A DNA stretch of 64,000 bases from Chloroflexota bacterium (GTDB lineage Bacteria; Chloroflexota; Dehalococcoidia; Lucifugimonadales; JADFKI01), in assembly GCA_027623195.1 (NCBI GenBank), contig JAQBUT010000018.1, forward strand, positions 1 through 64,000. Reading direction: 5' to 3'. The notes below the pieces were generated by a model, which was not told where the DNA came from, ran no database searches, and worked only from the letters and a program-made list of their open reading frames with translations. The position numbers were made by a program, and so were the translations under genes. Shown one piece after another: positions 39,617 to 49,555 of this stretch (position 1 is the first letter of the stretch; each line of letters opens with the position of its first letter).

Positions 39617-40036
39617 CTAGCGACTCTGCAAGACGCGGCTTCCCAGGTCGGTGATTGCGTCGACTTTTACCAGCACTGCTACGCCCTTAAGTTCAGGGTC
39701 GCGATCCAATTCGCCCTGGGGGGTGATGACGTGCACTTTTTCCCAGATATCCCCTGACTCGTGGACCGTGGCTGTGCCGTGGAAACGCCAGTTGATACGC
39801 TTATCGGGGTTGCGATAGAAGATGACAATGTTGGGGTTTTCGACCACGTTGGCCAGAGCCGAGCCCTTCACCCTTTCCCAGTAGGCAAGGGTTTCGTTGT
39901 CGTAGACCGCCACGCTCCCCTTGAGGCTAATGTTGGGAACGCCGTTTTTGGATGCAGTCCCCACCGCACAGAACAGCCTGTCGACCAAGGCACTGGTGAT
40001 TAGCTCTCGCATCTCATCAGTGAATTCTATTGCCAT
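39617..40036 (-). CDS. Pyridoxamine-5'-phosphate-oxidase-like flavin-binding split-barrel protein
   Basis: VGTASKNGVPNISLKGS, ANVVENPNI, RFHGTA; AAGGAG SD. Confidence 0.8.
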   Translation of the reverse strand: MAIEFTDEMRELITSALVDRLFCAVGTASKNGVPNISLKGSVAVYDNETLAYWERVKGSALANVVENPNIVIFYRNPDKRINWRFHGTATVHESGDIWEKVHVITPQGELDRDPELKGVAVLVKVDAITDLGSRVLQSR

Positions 40037-40106
40037 CGGCCGCTCCTTTTTCTAGCTAATGGATTCTTCGAACTTCTTTCCGATTTTCCAAAAAAATCCA
40101 AAGAGT

Positions 40107-41321
40107 TCAGATGGGCCAGACGCTGACTTTACCAAATTGACCGTCGTAGCCGGACTCTATGGCAATGTCGCCATTGCGCACGCGTGACACGCCTTCTGCA
40201 ATCCTCTCGCCGGCTACCCTGGAAATGTCCCGTATGCTGGCATTCATCAGCACATCGAGTTCAGAGATGAACTCACTTACCAGAGTGTGATACTGAGCCT
40301 GCACCCCTTTGGTATTTACCCCACGGCGAAGGCCTTCGGCGACGATTTGCTGAAGACCGACAATGGACTTGAAGGCTGGTCTGCCGTTGGCCGCCAGGGT
40401 AAATCCGCTGTCGTCCTGCCAAGTCTCCACATGCCTCTGTGCAAGCTGCCGTATACGGTGTGAGACGCCCAGGGTGACTTTGCGACCGCACGCCGGGCAT
40501 AGCTCGCCCCTTTCCCGAACGTCTTCCGGAGACATGCTGACGCCACATTTTCGGTGGCCCGAGTTGTGGTACTTGCCCTCTTCAGGGAAGAACTCCATAG
40601 TGCAGTGTATGTTCTGGTTTTTGATCGAATTCCAAAGACCGGCGTAGCTTAACGCGCCACCAAACTTGGTCAGCTCACGGCCCAGCTTGGGTGCAGAGTG
40701 AGCGTCGGAAAAGGAGACGATGGCAACGTCGTCCAGCTCCGGGATTTGCCAGTTCATGGCCGGGTCGCTGGAAAGGCCGGACTCAATGGCTAGCACATGT
40801 TCTTTCAGATCGCCGAAGCACTCCTCCAGGGAATCAAAGCCCGATTTCGAGCCAAAGATTCCGAACCATGGCGTCCACGAATGTGCTGGAATGAGGAGTA
40901 TACGGTCGTCGATATGCAGGAGGGTTTCCAGGAGTTGGCGGGGTGTCAGGTGCACGGTAGGCCTGCCGTCGGACCCCAGTTTGCCTTTGTTGGAAAGCGC
41001 GTCTGTTATGGACGCCGCGATATCCAGATCGGGCGCAAATATCAGAACGTGCACTCGCCGGCTGCGACCGTCCTGCTGGGCGTTGCAATTGACCTCGGTG
41101 CCCAAAACAAAGCTGACGCCGTCGAACTCGTAAAGGCCGTTGCCCCGGTCCTTCAGCTTATCCCGCGTCTCCTGAAACCAGAGCGGGTGGGTAAAGTCTG
41201 CTGTGGCCAACAGGGCTATGCCTTTGTACTTGGCCCACCTGGTCAAGGTCTCAAAGTTCAGGTTCCTGCTAGTCGCCATAGCATATGACGAGTGCAGGTG
41301 AAGATCGGCTACATAGGTCAT
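40107..41321 (-). CDS. Endonuclease Q family (PHP-domain) protein
   Basis: ADLHLHS.Y, ATADFTHP.W, IPAHSWTPWF, ESGLSSDP.MN, SDAHS, GKYH.SGHRKC, CPAC, GYDGQFG. Confidence 0.9.
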   Translation of the reverse strand: MTYVADLHLHSSYAMATSRNLNFETLTRWAKYKGIALLATADFTHPLWFQETRDKLKDRGNGLYEFDGVSFVLGTEVNCNAQQDGRSRRVHVLIFAPDLDIAASITDALSNKGKLGSDGRPTVHLTPRQLLETLLHIDDRILLIPAHSWTPWFGIFGSKSGFDSLEECFGDLKEHVLAIESGLSSDPAMNWQIPELDDVAIVSFSDAHSAPKLGRELTKFGGALSYAGLWNSIKNQNIHCTMEFFPEEGKYHNSGHRKCGVSMSPEDVRERGELCPACGRKVTLGVSHRIRQLAQRHVETWQDDSGFTLAANGRPAFKSIVGLQQIVAEGLRRGVNTKGVQAQYHTLVSEFISELDVLMNASIRDISRVAGERIAEGVSRVRNGDIAIESGYDGQFGKVSVWPI

Positions 41322-41351
41322 TGGGCTTAAGGCCTCTACGAGTCCTTTTGC

Positions 41352-42530
41352 TTACTCAAAAAATCCCTGTTGACGGAAGACCTCTGCCAGTGTGCCGATG
41401 CCCTCGTGTATCTCTTCCGGGGTGTTGTGGCTGTATGTCAGCCGCAGGTAATTATTGCAGTCTCTGCCGGCACGAAACACTCCACCGGGATTGTATTTCA
41501 CGTCGGCTTCTACCGCATGGTCAAGGGCCTTCCAGGTGTCTGCCCCTTGGGGTAACTGGAGCCAAAGCATCATGCCTCCCTGAGGCCGGGTCCATGTGCA
41601 GCTGGGCGGAAAGTGCTCCTCCAAGGCAGCCAAGAGAGCATCGCGCCGCGCCATGAGGCCCTTACGCACGCTCTCTATGTGATCGTCTTTGTGATGGCGT
41701 AGGTATTCGTAGACCAGCATGGCCGCAACGTGACTGGGACGGCGGGCCTCCATGGCGTCTAGAACGGGCTGAGGCGCCACGCCGTATCCCAGGCGTATGG
41801 CACAGCCCAACAGCTTCGTATAGGAAGACACGTAGACCACCGAGTCCTGATCGTCCATGCCAAGCATTGATGGGGGCAACGGGTCGCCGTCGATACGAAA
41901 GTCGGCGTATGACTCGTTCTCAAGTATGGGCACACCGTAGTCCTGAGCTATCTCCACCATGTGTTTGCGCCGCTCAAGGCTCAACGTTACGCCCATGGGA
42001 TTCTGGAACACGGAGATGGCGTAGATGAGCTTGGGCGTCTTCCCCTGCGCCTTAACCGCCTTGATGGCCCGCTCCAGTTCCTCCGTGTCCATGCCCTGGT
42101 CATCGGTGGGAATGTGCACGACCTCAGCTCCTTTGGACAGCAGCATGCGCAGCGTCCCCAGGTAGCTGAACTCCTCCAGAAATACAACGTCACCAGCATC
42201 TATGAAGGCGTCAAGGTATAGCTTTATGAAGCCTCCGGCACCGTCGCTAAGGAGAACAGAGTCTACGTCGACGTTGGCAGAGCGTTTGTCTCGAAGGTTG
42301 TCCGCGATAAGCCCGCGCAGACCCTCGTGACCACTGGGAGGCGGGTACGGCGCAAGGTCCTTGCCCTCTCTCATTATGATGTCTCTGGCGGCGGCGGAAT
42401 ACTTTTCCACGTCGATGAACTCCGGCACGGCGTTGGTGACGGAGAATATGTACTTGGTCTTGGCCTGAAGGCCTGCGGGCATATCAACTTCCACAGGTCG
42501 GTTATGTGACAGTAAGCTTTTGTAGTCCAA
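41352..42530 (-). CDS. PLP-dependent class I/II aminotransferase (LysN/MocR-aminotransferase-like)
   Basis: FQNPMG, ILENESY, SSYTKLLGCAIRLGY, PQGGMMLW, LRLTYS. Confidence 0.85.
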   Translation of the reverse strand: MDYKSLLSHNRPVEVDMPAGLQAKTKYIFSVTNAVPEFIDVEKYSAAARDIIMREGKDLAPYPPPSGHEGLRGLIADNLRDKRSANVDVDSVLLSDGAGGFIKLYLDAFIDAGDVVFLEEFSYLGTLRMLLSKGAEVVHIPTDDQGMDTEELERAIKAVKAQGKTPKLIYAISVFQNPMGVTLSLERRKHMVEIAQDYGVPILENESYADFRIDGDPLPPSMLGMDDQDSVVYVSSYTKLLGCAIRLGYGVAPQPVLDAMEARRPSHVAAMLVYEYLRHHKDDHIESVRKGLMARRDALLAALEEHFPPSCTWTRPQGGMMLWLQLPQGADTWKALDHAVEADVKYNPGGVFRAGRDCNNYLRLTYSHNTPEEIHEGIGTLAEVFRQQGFFE

Positions 42531-42637
42531 TGTGGTCTCTCAGCACCCCATGCGGGACGCGTTCTAAGCGCAGGCTGAAACTGGTGGTTCTCGTTTTTCA
42601 CCACAACCTGCGTTTGTTATTTATAAATCCTAAAAAC

Positions 42638-43684
42638 TTAGAGGGGCAGGTGTACCTTCTCGCCACCCTGGGCGCTGTAAGTTACCGCTTCCATGAACTC
42701 CATGTAGCGCACGCCGGTGTCGAAGTCGGTGTGCGTTATGGGCTCAATCCCTCGTATGGCGTTGATGAACTCCTCTTCGACGCGCCAGCCGCCTTGCTTC
42801 TCAGCCGGGATGGGGATCTCAGAAAGCTCACTATCGCCCTTGCGTCCGCCGCGCAACGTCATGCTGGCGGAGTCGAGGTGAATGGTGCCTTCCGTTCCGA
42901 AGAACCAAACGCCGTCGCTGGGGGCAAGGCCTGTCACGGTGCTGAAACGCATGCGAACCACCGGGCCCGAATACATCTCCAACAGGGCCTCTACGTGGTC
43001 GGGTATGGTGATGACCCTACGCTTGCCGTTGCCGTCGTAGCGGGCCTTCAGTTGCACACGGGTTAGGGCTGTAACGGTTTCGGCAGGGCCCAACCAACGC
43101 ATCATGGCTTCGTACCAGATGCCCATCTGCAGAATGTTGAAACCGCTGAAGTCCCTGTCGTTGCGCCAGTGGTAAGGATTGTCGCGCTCGCCCTCGAGGA
43201 AGCCGCCCTGGTGCACCGCCATGTCCACGGAAAGGATATCGCCCAGGTAACCGTCCTCAATGAGCCCCTGCAAAGTCCTGTCGATTTTCAGGGTGTGTGG
43301 GGCAGGCACGATCTGCGTTATCAGGCCGGGGTGCAGCTTGGCCGCCTCCCGCATGATGTGGGCCTCTTCCGCCGTTGCCGACATGCGGGCCTCGGTCATA
43401 ACGTGCTTCTCGTTTTCCAGCGCCGCCAATACCAGGGTGCAGTGCATGTTAGGCCAGGTGCCAATGCAGATGGCGTTGGTGTCGTCCGACTCGATAAGCT
43501 CCACCCAGTTGTCGTAAACATTGGGAAAGCCATACTTGTCTGCAACGCGCTGCCCGGAAGCGCGACTGCGGTTGGCCACGCTCATCAGGTCTACGCCGTC
43601 CATGGCCTGGAAGCCTGGAATGTGTCGCAACTCCGTATTTGCGCCAGCGCCTACGAAGCCAATTCGAATTGTGTCATCTGCCAT
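42638..43684 (-). CDS. Gfo/Idh/MocA family oxidoreductase
   Basis: IRIGFVGAG, AICIGTWPNMH, KHVMTEARM, FFGTEG; ATG 43684 after GGAGG. Confidence 0.88.
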   Translation of the reverse strand: MADDTIRIGFVGAGANTELRHIPGFQAMDGVDLMSVANRSRASGQRVADKYGFPNVYDNWVELIESDDTNAICIGTWPNMHCTLVLAALENEKHVMTEARMSATAEEAHIMREAAKLHPGLITQIVPAPHTLKIDRTLQGLIEDGYLGDILSVDMAVHQGGFLEGERDNPYHWRNDRDFSGFNILQMGIWYEAMMRWLGPAETVTALTRVQLKARYDGNGKRRVITIPDHVEALLEMYSGPVVRMRFSTVTGLAPSDGVWFFGTEGTIHLDSASMTLRGGRKGDSELSEIPIPAEKQGGWRVEEEFINAIRGIEPITHTDFDTGVRYMEFMEAVTYSAQGGEKVHLPL

Positions 43685-43871
43685 GAATGGGGTCCCTCCA
43701 GGTTTCTTCACTAACAATATTTGAGGCCACGATTATAGGTGAATGGGTTTTTTGAGTCCAGATGCAAAGCGGCGGACGCACCTACGATACCGCCGCCCAT
43801 TATGATGATTTCGGACTCAAGCATCTTGCAATAACGAGCCTGAACTACTCAGTCTCTCCTAGCCCTTTAAC

Positions 43872-44777
43872 TTATGAAGCCTTGGGGTAGTGCAGTCGGC
43901 CTTTTCGATCAGTTAAAGTCCGGAACAGGTCTCCGCCGCCGTTGGTCACGTAAAGCGTCGTCATGTCTGGACCGCCAAAGGTGCAGTTGGTCGGCTGGTC
44001 CGCCGGCGTTGGGTGGGTTTCGATAACCTCGCCTGACGGAGAGAAGATGTAGATCATAGGACCCGGGCCGCCGTTGCGATTGCCTGCCGTGGCCACTATG
44101 TTGCCTTCCACGTCCAGCACCATGCCATCGATGCCTCGGAATGCGCCGAAGTCATGCAGCACCGCGAAGCTGCCCAGGCTACCGTCGTCGTTGACGGGAT
44201 AAGCCCGGAGTTGGCGCTTCTCGTCGGCCTCGCGACCGCTCTGGGCAACGTACAGCGTCTTGTGGTCCAGGGAGAACAGGAGGCCGTTAGGCCGCGATGT
44301 ATCGAATGTGGCGCGGGTGATGCTCCACTTTCCATCGGAGCCTTCGTCCAATCTATACACCGAATCGTGATCCAAATCCTTGTTGGCCCGGTCTCGGCTC
44401 CACTCACCGCCTGCGCCCTCGTAGTACGGGTCCGTGAACCAGACCCGGCCCTGGAGGTCCACTGCAAGGTCGTTCGGCACGTTCAGGCGCTTGCCCTCGA
44501 AGCCGTCAGCCAAGACGGTGACGTTACCGTCGGCCTCGTAGCGCACCACACGACGTGCTCCACCCTCGCAGGCGTACAGCCTTCCCTGAGGGTCAAAGAC
44601 CAGCCCGTTAGCCTGATTCGTATCTTCCCTGTAGACGGAGGAGTTGTTGGTCAGCGGATCGAAACGATAAATCCGGCTGGCCGGGATGTGGGAGAAGAGC
44701 AGACCGCTGCCGTCCCAGGCAGGCCCCTCCGTTACTCCACCGTAAGGTCCGTTAACTCTTATAAATTGCCAGGTCAT
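43872..44777 (-). CDS. SMP-30/gluconolactonase/LRE family protein
   Basis: TEGPAW, NGL.FD, PNDL, FTDP, PNGL.FS, DGM.LD.EGN, PTNCTFGG. Confidence 0.92.
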   Translation of the reverse strand: MTWQFIRVNGPYGGVTEGPAWDGSGLLFSHIPASRIYRFDPLTNNSSVYREDTNQANGLVFDPQGRLYACEGGARRVVRYEADGNVTVLADGFEGKRLNVPNDLAVDLQGRVWFTDPYYEGAGGEWSRDRANKDLDHDSVYRLDEGSDGKWSITRATFDTSRPNGLLFSLDHKTLYVAQSGREADEKRQLRAYPVNDDGSLGSFAVLHDFGAFRGIDGMVLDVEGNIVATAGNRNGGPGPMIYIFSPSGEVIETHPTPADQPTNCTFGGPDMTTLYVTNGGGDLFRTLTDRKGRLHYPKAS

Positions 44778-44869
44778 ATCTAGCTCCTCATTAGCAATCA
44801 GGTCTCAGCCTTCATCGATCAGCATTTCTCTGGTAACGCCGATTGCTGAAGGCTATGCGCTGAATGCTA

Positions 44870-45685
44870 TTAAATTACTTCCTCGGACTCGCCGACGTCG
44901 CCGGTCGTTCCCTCACCAGCCTGCTTGATGGCTCCAAACTCCTCGCGGTAGGCGTTGTGCAGGCTTCGGCCGTCGCTGCTGTAAAGGACGAAACGCGCGC
45001 CCTCCTGTAGCCACTTTATCGTCAAAGGCACGGTCTGGTGGTGCATAAGCACCGGCGTATTTGCAGCCTGACACTTGGCGATAATCTCCCGCAGCGCGCC
45101 CTCGTAGTCGGGGTGATCGTATTGGTCCGGAACGCCCAGGCTAATGCTGAGGTCGTTGGGGCCGACGAAGATGGCGTCGATGCCATCGACCTTTAGAATG
45201 TTCTCCAGCTTGGAAATGGCGGGGGTGCTCTCGATTCCGATAATGCAAACGTTGTTGCGATTGCGGTTCTCAAGGTAGTCCTTGCTGGCCTGACTGGGTA
45301 GCTCGCCTTTATCGACAGCCTTTCGGACTAGCTCGCCCTTGAGGGGACGCCACTTGGCCGCGCCTACCACCTCTTTCACTTCGTCCACCGTTTCGCAGTA
45401 CGGCGCAAGTATGCCGTGCGCGCCGGCATCTAGGGCCATGGTCACGTAGTGAGAGTCGGGGATGGGAATGCGAATGATGGGCACCACGCCGCTAAACTGA
45501 AAGGCCGCGATGAAGTCGGCTACCTCGGCTCGACCTCTAGGTGAGTGCTCGGTGTCGATTATCACGTAGTCAAGTCCGAAGTTGGCGAATGCCGACGACC
45601 AGCGGGGATTTCGCCCAATGCTGATCATAGTGCCGTAAACGATGCCCCCCGAATTGACCTTTTGCTTAAGTTCTGCTCCGTTCAT
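44870..45685 (-). CDS. HpcH/HpaI aldolase family protein
   Basis: DYVIIDTEH, ALDAGA.GILAP, RPLKG, IES, IFVGPNDLSISLG. Confidence 0.9.
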   Translation of the reverse strand: MNGAELKQKVNSGGIVYGTMISIGRNPRWSSAFANFGLDYVIIDTEHSPRGRAEVADFIAAFQFSGVVPIIRIPIPDSHYVTMALDAGAHGILAPYCETVDEVKEVVGAAKWRPLKGELVRKAVDKGELPSQASKDYLENRNRNNVCIIGIESTPAISKLENILKVDGIDAIFVGPNDLSISLGVPDQYDHPDYEGALREIIAKCQAANTPVLMHHQTVPLTIKWLQEGARFVLYSSDGRSLHNAYREEFGAIKQAGEGTTGDVGESEEVI

Positions 45686-45772
45686 CTGTCCTCCCTATTA
45701 TCCTTATGTGCCCAGTACCGAGACGATAAAGGGCCTAATTGTCCGCGTAAATGTTTGCTAAAAAGCAAAGTG

Positions 45773-45800
45773 ATTGTAGCCGTATGTTACCGGCTGTCAA
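45773..45800 (-). promoter_or_regulatory. sigma70-type promoter of aldolase-led operon
   Basis: Minus strand TTGACA-N16-TACAAT. Confidence 0.5.
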
Positions 45801-45894
45801 GGGCTACGTGCCTTAGAGGGGTTGCCGCTGCCGGACCGGATAAGTGCTGGAACATCAGCCGCCACTGCCGGGGAATCAACAATTTGCCAAAAGG

Positions 45895-47145
45895 CTAGTC
45901 CGCGGTTTCCGGCAGGCTGGCCTGGCCTTCTGGCCGAGCTAAGGGCTTTCGCCTATAGCCGACGATGAATCCCAAAGCCCCTACCAGAGCCCCAGCGCCG
46001 GTTACGCCGAAGGTGTTGGCGACTCCCATCAAGCCGCCCAGCGGCCCAATAACGAAGGAGCCGCCAGAGCCTGCTATATCCCACGCCTGTTGAAGCGTCG
46101 CCATACTGGAACTGCGTTCTCTTGGCGAGACCCTATCTATGGTAAATGACTGTATGCCCGGTTGAATCAGTCCGAATCCGATGCCTGCAAACAGGCCCGC
46201 AGCCCACAGCATAAGGGGAACATACGCCACGTTCAGTACAAACATGGCGACGGCGGTTAAAACAAGACCGGGGACTATGACGCTAGCCCTGCCAAAGCGG
46301 TCCGCCACCGGGCCGGAGACCATCATGGCGATTATCGACGTACTGGACCAAACAGTGAAGTACAGGCCAGGATTCCCGAGACTCCGCTCAATAGCCAGAA
46401 TGGGCAGAAAGGTGTTCACCGGCGCGGTGGTGAAGGTATAGGTCATGAAAACGATGGTTGGGAAAAGCGCCGCCCGTGAGATTAAAGGCACCGGCTTGGT
46501 GGCTACACCGGAGGAGACACTATCGAGGCCTCCCTCAGCAGCCGGGTGAATCCTTGACGCGGAGATGCGAGTGGCCAGAAGGGCAGCCAGCGCGGCGGCC
46601 ACCGCAGAAAACATGAACGCGTACGGGTAACCCGCATGGGTCAAAATCAGGGATGCCACCAGGGGCGCGTAGAGGAACGATACGTTAATCGAAGTTCCCA
46701 TGTAAGACATGGCCTCAGCCCTGCGGTTTACCGGTGCGAGGTTGGCCACTATCGTGCTTGTAGCCACCGGGCCCATAGCTATCCCAATGCCCTGAATCAT
46801 TCTTATCGGTATAAGCCACCAGGGACCACCAGCCCCAATGTACAACAGAGACCCCACAGCGACGATGGCCGTGCCAACTATCGCAACTCTCTTCGCGCCG
46901 ATCTTATTGACCCATCGTCCCGAGAACGGCCGAATGAACATGGCGACGATGCCAAAGGAGCCGATGATGATGCCCAGTTGCCACTCCTGGCCGCCCTTAT
47001 AAAGAACGTAGGAGGGCACGATGGTAAGGAGGGATGTGTAACCGGCGAACATGAAGTGGCCCACCAGAAGATTGAGGACGAAATCCACCGTCCACAATTT
47101 TCGCGCATGGTCTGGATTATTCTCCAACGGGGGTGTGGCCAGCAA
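45895..47145 (-). CDS. MFS transporter
   Basis: LWTVDF, IRPFSGRW, RMIQGIG, RRAEAM, GPVADRFGR; about 12 TM. Confidence 0.88.
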   Translation of the reverse strand: MLATPPLENNPDHARKLWTVDFVLNLLVGHFMFAGYTSLLTIVPSYVLYKGGQEWQLGIIIGSFGIVAMFIRPFSGRWVNKIGAKRVAIVGTAIVAVGSLLYIGAGGPWWLIPIRMIQGIGIAMGPVATSTIVANLAPVNRRAEAMSYMGTSINVSFLYAPLVASLILTHAGYPYAFMFSAVAAALAALLATRISASRIHPAAEGGLDSVSSGVATKPVPLISRAALFPTIVFMTYTFTTAPVNTFLPILAIERSLGNPGLYFTVWSSTSIIAMMVSGPVADRFGRASVIVPGLVLTAVAMFVLNVAYVPLMLWAAGLFAGIGFGLIQPGIQSFTIDRVSPRERSSSMATLQQAWDIAGSGGSFVIGPLGGLMGVANTFGVTGAGALVGALGFIVGYRRKPLARPEGQASLPETAD

Positions 47146-47351
47146 ACGAATCGCAACTCCAACTCAACAGGTTACCGTGACAAATCAAGACCGCACGCAG
47201 ACGCCAACAAAGGCAGCCACGAAGATACTCCATGGACAGGTGCATCATGATAGCAGAAGCCGACGTGAACCCTCCCGGGATTTAGGTACATCCAAGTGAG
47301 CATATGACAATCGCAAGAAAAGGTTACCCAATTTTTCGAAGGTGAAAACTA

Positions 47352-47831
47352 ATGGATTTTGACTTAGGCGCGGCAATAATCGCTGGTTTGGTAGCCACAG
47401 GTGTAATGACAGCCATAATGTATATGGGACTGGCTATGATGCCCAAACAGATGCCAATGAACATACTTTTCATGATGGGCAGCATGATGAGAAGAAGCTC
47501 CGGATCAGCTTACATGATGGGCATCGTCATGCACTTCGGCACAGGGGCAGTATTTGCGATAGTTCACACCGGCATTTACCAGGCGTTTGGTCTAGATAGC
47601 CAACTGATTGTATGGGGTCTGTTATTTGGCGCGGCCCATTGGGTGGTGGCCGGTATGGGGATGGGCATGATAGGAGCCATGCATCCGCTAATTCGTGGCG
47701 GGGAGTTGGCGGCGCCCGGCCCATTCCTAAAAAACTACCCGATGATGTCGGTGGCCGGGTTCTTCATGCTGCACCTGGTCTTTGGCCTGGTAGTCGGCGG
47801 CATTTACGAAGTTATTCGACAAGCAGGCTAG
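47352..47831 (+). CDS. Met/His-rich four-TM membrane protein of unknown function
   Basis: AGLVATGVMT, MHFGTG, HWVVAG, MHP, HLVFG; AAGGTG SD. Confidence 0.7.
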   Translation: MDFDLGAAIIAGLVATGVMTAIMYMGLAMMPKQMPMNILFMMGSMMRRSSGSAYMMGIVMHFGTGAVFAIVHTGIYQAFGLDSQLIVWGLLFGAAHWVVAGMGMGMIGAMHPLIRGGELAAPGPFLKNYPMMSVAGFFMLHLVFGLVVGGIYEVIRQAG

Positions 47832-47874
47832 CCTTGAGGCTCTGTAGTTATCTGAAGCCGGGCCTCAAGGCAAC

Positions 47875-48294
47875 TTAGGAGTAATAGTTCGCGTGCATCA
47901 GTGAGGGCTGAGGGTCGTCCTCCTGAGCGATGGCTCGGGCCAGGTCTTCGGCGTAAACCATACCGATTACCTTGCCTCGTTCGCCAACCACAGGCAGGCA
48001 GCTAATCTCCAGGTCTAACATGGCTACCAGCGCCTCGCCAGCATCCATGTCTGGTGTACTGGCCTGCCCCAGGATGGTCATGTGCCGAAAGGCCTCACAC
48101 TCCCAAGATATGTGCCCATCTATGAGACACCCAAAGACCATATCTCGCTCGGTGAGCATCCCTGCCAGCGAATCCCCATCGGTTACTGCCACGCATCCGG
48201 TGTTCTTTTCTTGCATGATTCGGGCGACACCCGCCACAGAGGTATTCATGCTTACGAGGGTTACATCGCCTGTCATCACTTCCGAAACGTTCAA
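47875..48294 (-). CDS. CBS domain pair protein
   Basis: VSEVMT, ARIM, GMLTERD, LPVV, VIGMV; GGGAGG SD with TTG. Confidence 0.88.
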   Translation of the reverse strand: MNVSEVMTGDVTLVSMNTSVAGVARIMQEKNTGCVAVTDGDSLAGMLTERDMVFGCLIDGHISWECEAFRHMTILGQASTPDMDAGEALVAMLDLEISCLPVVGERGKVIGMVYAEDLARAIAQEDDPQPSLMHANYYS

Positions 48295-48388
48295 GGTATT
48301 TACCTCCCTGTTAGGCCTTGCAGTGGTTGCAGAGCCCGCTCAGATGATTCGGTTTTAAATAATCCCGTTTTGCCTAATTACTGTAGAA

Positions 48389-48412
48389 TCCTGACATTCC
48401 ATAATGTCAGGA
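48389..48412. promoter_or_regulatory. Perfect 10-bp inverted repeat, putative operator
   Basis: tcctgacatt-ccat-aatgtcagga upstream of CBS gene. Confidence 0.5.
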
Positions 48413-48424
48413 ACCAGGCAAGGA

Positions 48425-48477
48425 TTGTGATTTGCTTCACAACACTAGTGTAACAGCGTTTGTGAAGTTGGTAACAA
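48425..48477. promoter_or_regulatory. Two Rex/CRP-like boxes
   Basis: TTGTGA-N6-TCACAA (48425-48442) and TTGTGA-N6-TAACAA (48460-48477). Confidence 0.55.
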
Positions 48478-48606
48478 AGATTCGGTGATGTGAATTATTG
48501 ATATATCTGATATTGAGAAGAGGTGTTGCGGTTCAATTCAGAGCCATGGCACGCAAGATATGCCCGCAGAACACCAGCAGTGTATAGGCCTCCCGCTGAA
48601 TAAGTC

Positions 48607-49089
48607 CTATCTTCCGCGCTCCATGAGGACGTCGCGGGTCAACTCCATCTGGCCATGGTGTTGCGCCAGTTCTTCGTAGGTGTGCATGAGGACCGCCCCC
48701 TGAGTCCACCGAGTGTGGCCGGGCAATGGCGTGTAAGAGGCGTGAGGAGCCACGTCAAGGGGTCGCTCGCCGTCAATGTCGCAGAGGTCGAGCCTTAATT
48801 GGCGCTTGAGATTGTCTGTGGCGGTGCGCAAGTAAGCGATGCTGCCTGTAGCGTGGAACTCGGCAAGACGGTCTCGCTCCGTGTGCCTCCCGCCAATCAA
48901 TGTGCCGATCCAGTAATGGCACACGCCAATGCAATGAAAGAGGATGGCGTATGGTGAGTTGGCCCCAGCATGCTCTGCCGCAGTATTGGCCTGACCTTCC
49001 CCTAGCTCCTCGACAATGCCAATCATTCCATCCAGGGCGCGATCCACAAACATTAGGTAGTCGTCCAGTGAAATCTGCATTACTTCCAA
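48607..49089 (-). CDS. DinB/DUF664 family protein
   Basis: NSPYAILFHC, YWIG, RDRLAEF, LMHTYEELAQHHGQMELTRD. Confidence 0.82.
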   Translation of the reverse strand: MEVMQISLDDYLMFVDRALDGMIGIVEELGEGQANTAAEHAGANSPYAILFHCIGVCHYWIGTLIGGRHTERDRLAEFHATGSIAYLRTATDNLKRQLRLDLCDIDGERPLDVAPHASYTPLPGHTRWTQGAVLMHTYEELAQHHGQMELTRDVLMERGR

Positions 49090-49361
49090 CTTGCTCCTTC
49101 GCCAGGCTCTGTGAAATTAAAAATTGAACTTGCTGCGTGGTTCTTTAAATCTCTAATGGCTGGCCCTTTGCACAATGGGTCATAATGGGTCATTAGGAGG
49201 CGTATCCTTCGACAAGCTAAGGACGAACGGATTTTCAGGTATACGTTCGTGGTGAGCCTGACGAAGGACAATTCGCCCAGGTTTGGTATTTTCTTGCTAG
49301 GCCATGCTTAGAGAGAAATATCGGCGACAACACTTTTGACTCAATTCCTGTTATTATTAAA

Positions 49362-49391
49362 TTGACATGAGATTTGAAGCCCGCCTATACT
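49362..49391 (+). promoter_or_regulatory. sigma70-type promoter about 260 bp upstream of pyrG
   Basis: TTGACA-N18-TATACT preceded by an AT-rich tract. Confidence 0.65.
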
Positions 49392-49397
49392 GGCTTC

Positions 49398-49555
49398 ATC
49401 ATCGCACAGCAAGGGGTTTTTAGTAGACAGTGGCGTCAGTTAGCGCACATCACTCCGCTGAAAAGGACCTAGGGTAGTGCCCGGGAGCACTTCTCTCCCA
49501 CCTACCAACACCCTCCCACACTCGAACTGCCCCTTCAAACCCTTCGGCCTTGCAA
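49398..49555 (+). ncRNA. Candidate structured RNA (rod-like, 6S-like, or pyrG leader)
   Basis: End-to-end pairings gcaagg/ccttgc, gggttt/aaaccc, cagt/actg, inner ggtag/ctacc and agtgc/gcact; no credible + strand ORF. Confidence 0.3.
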
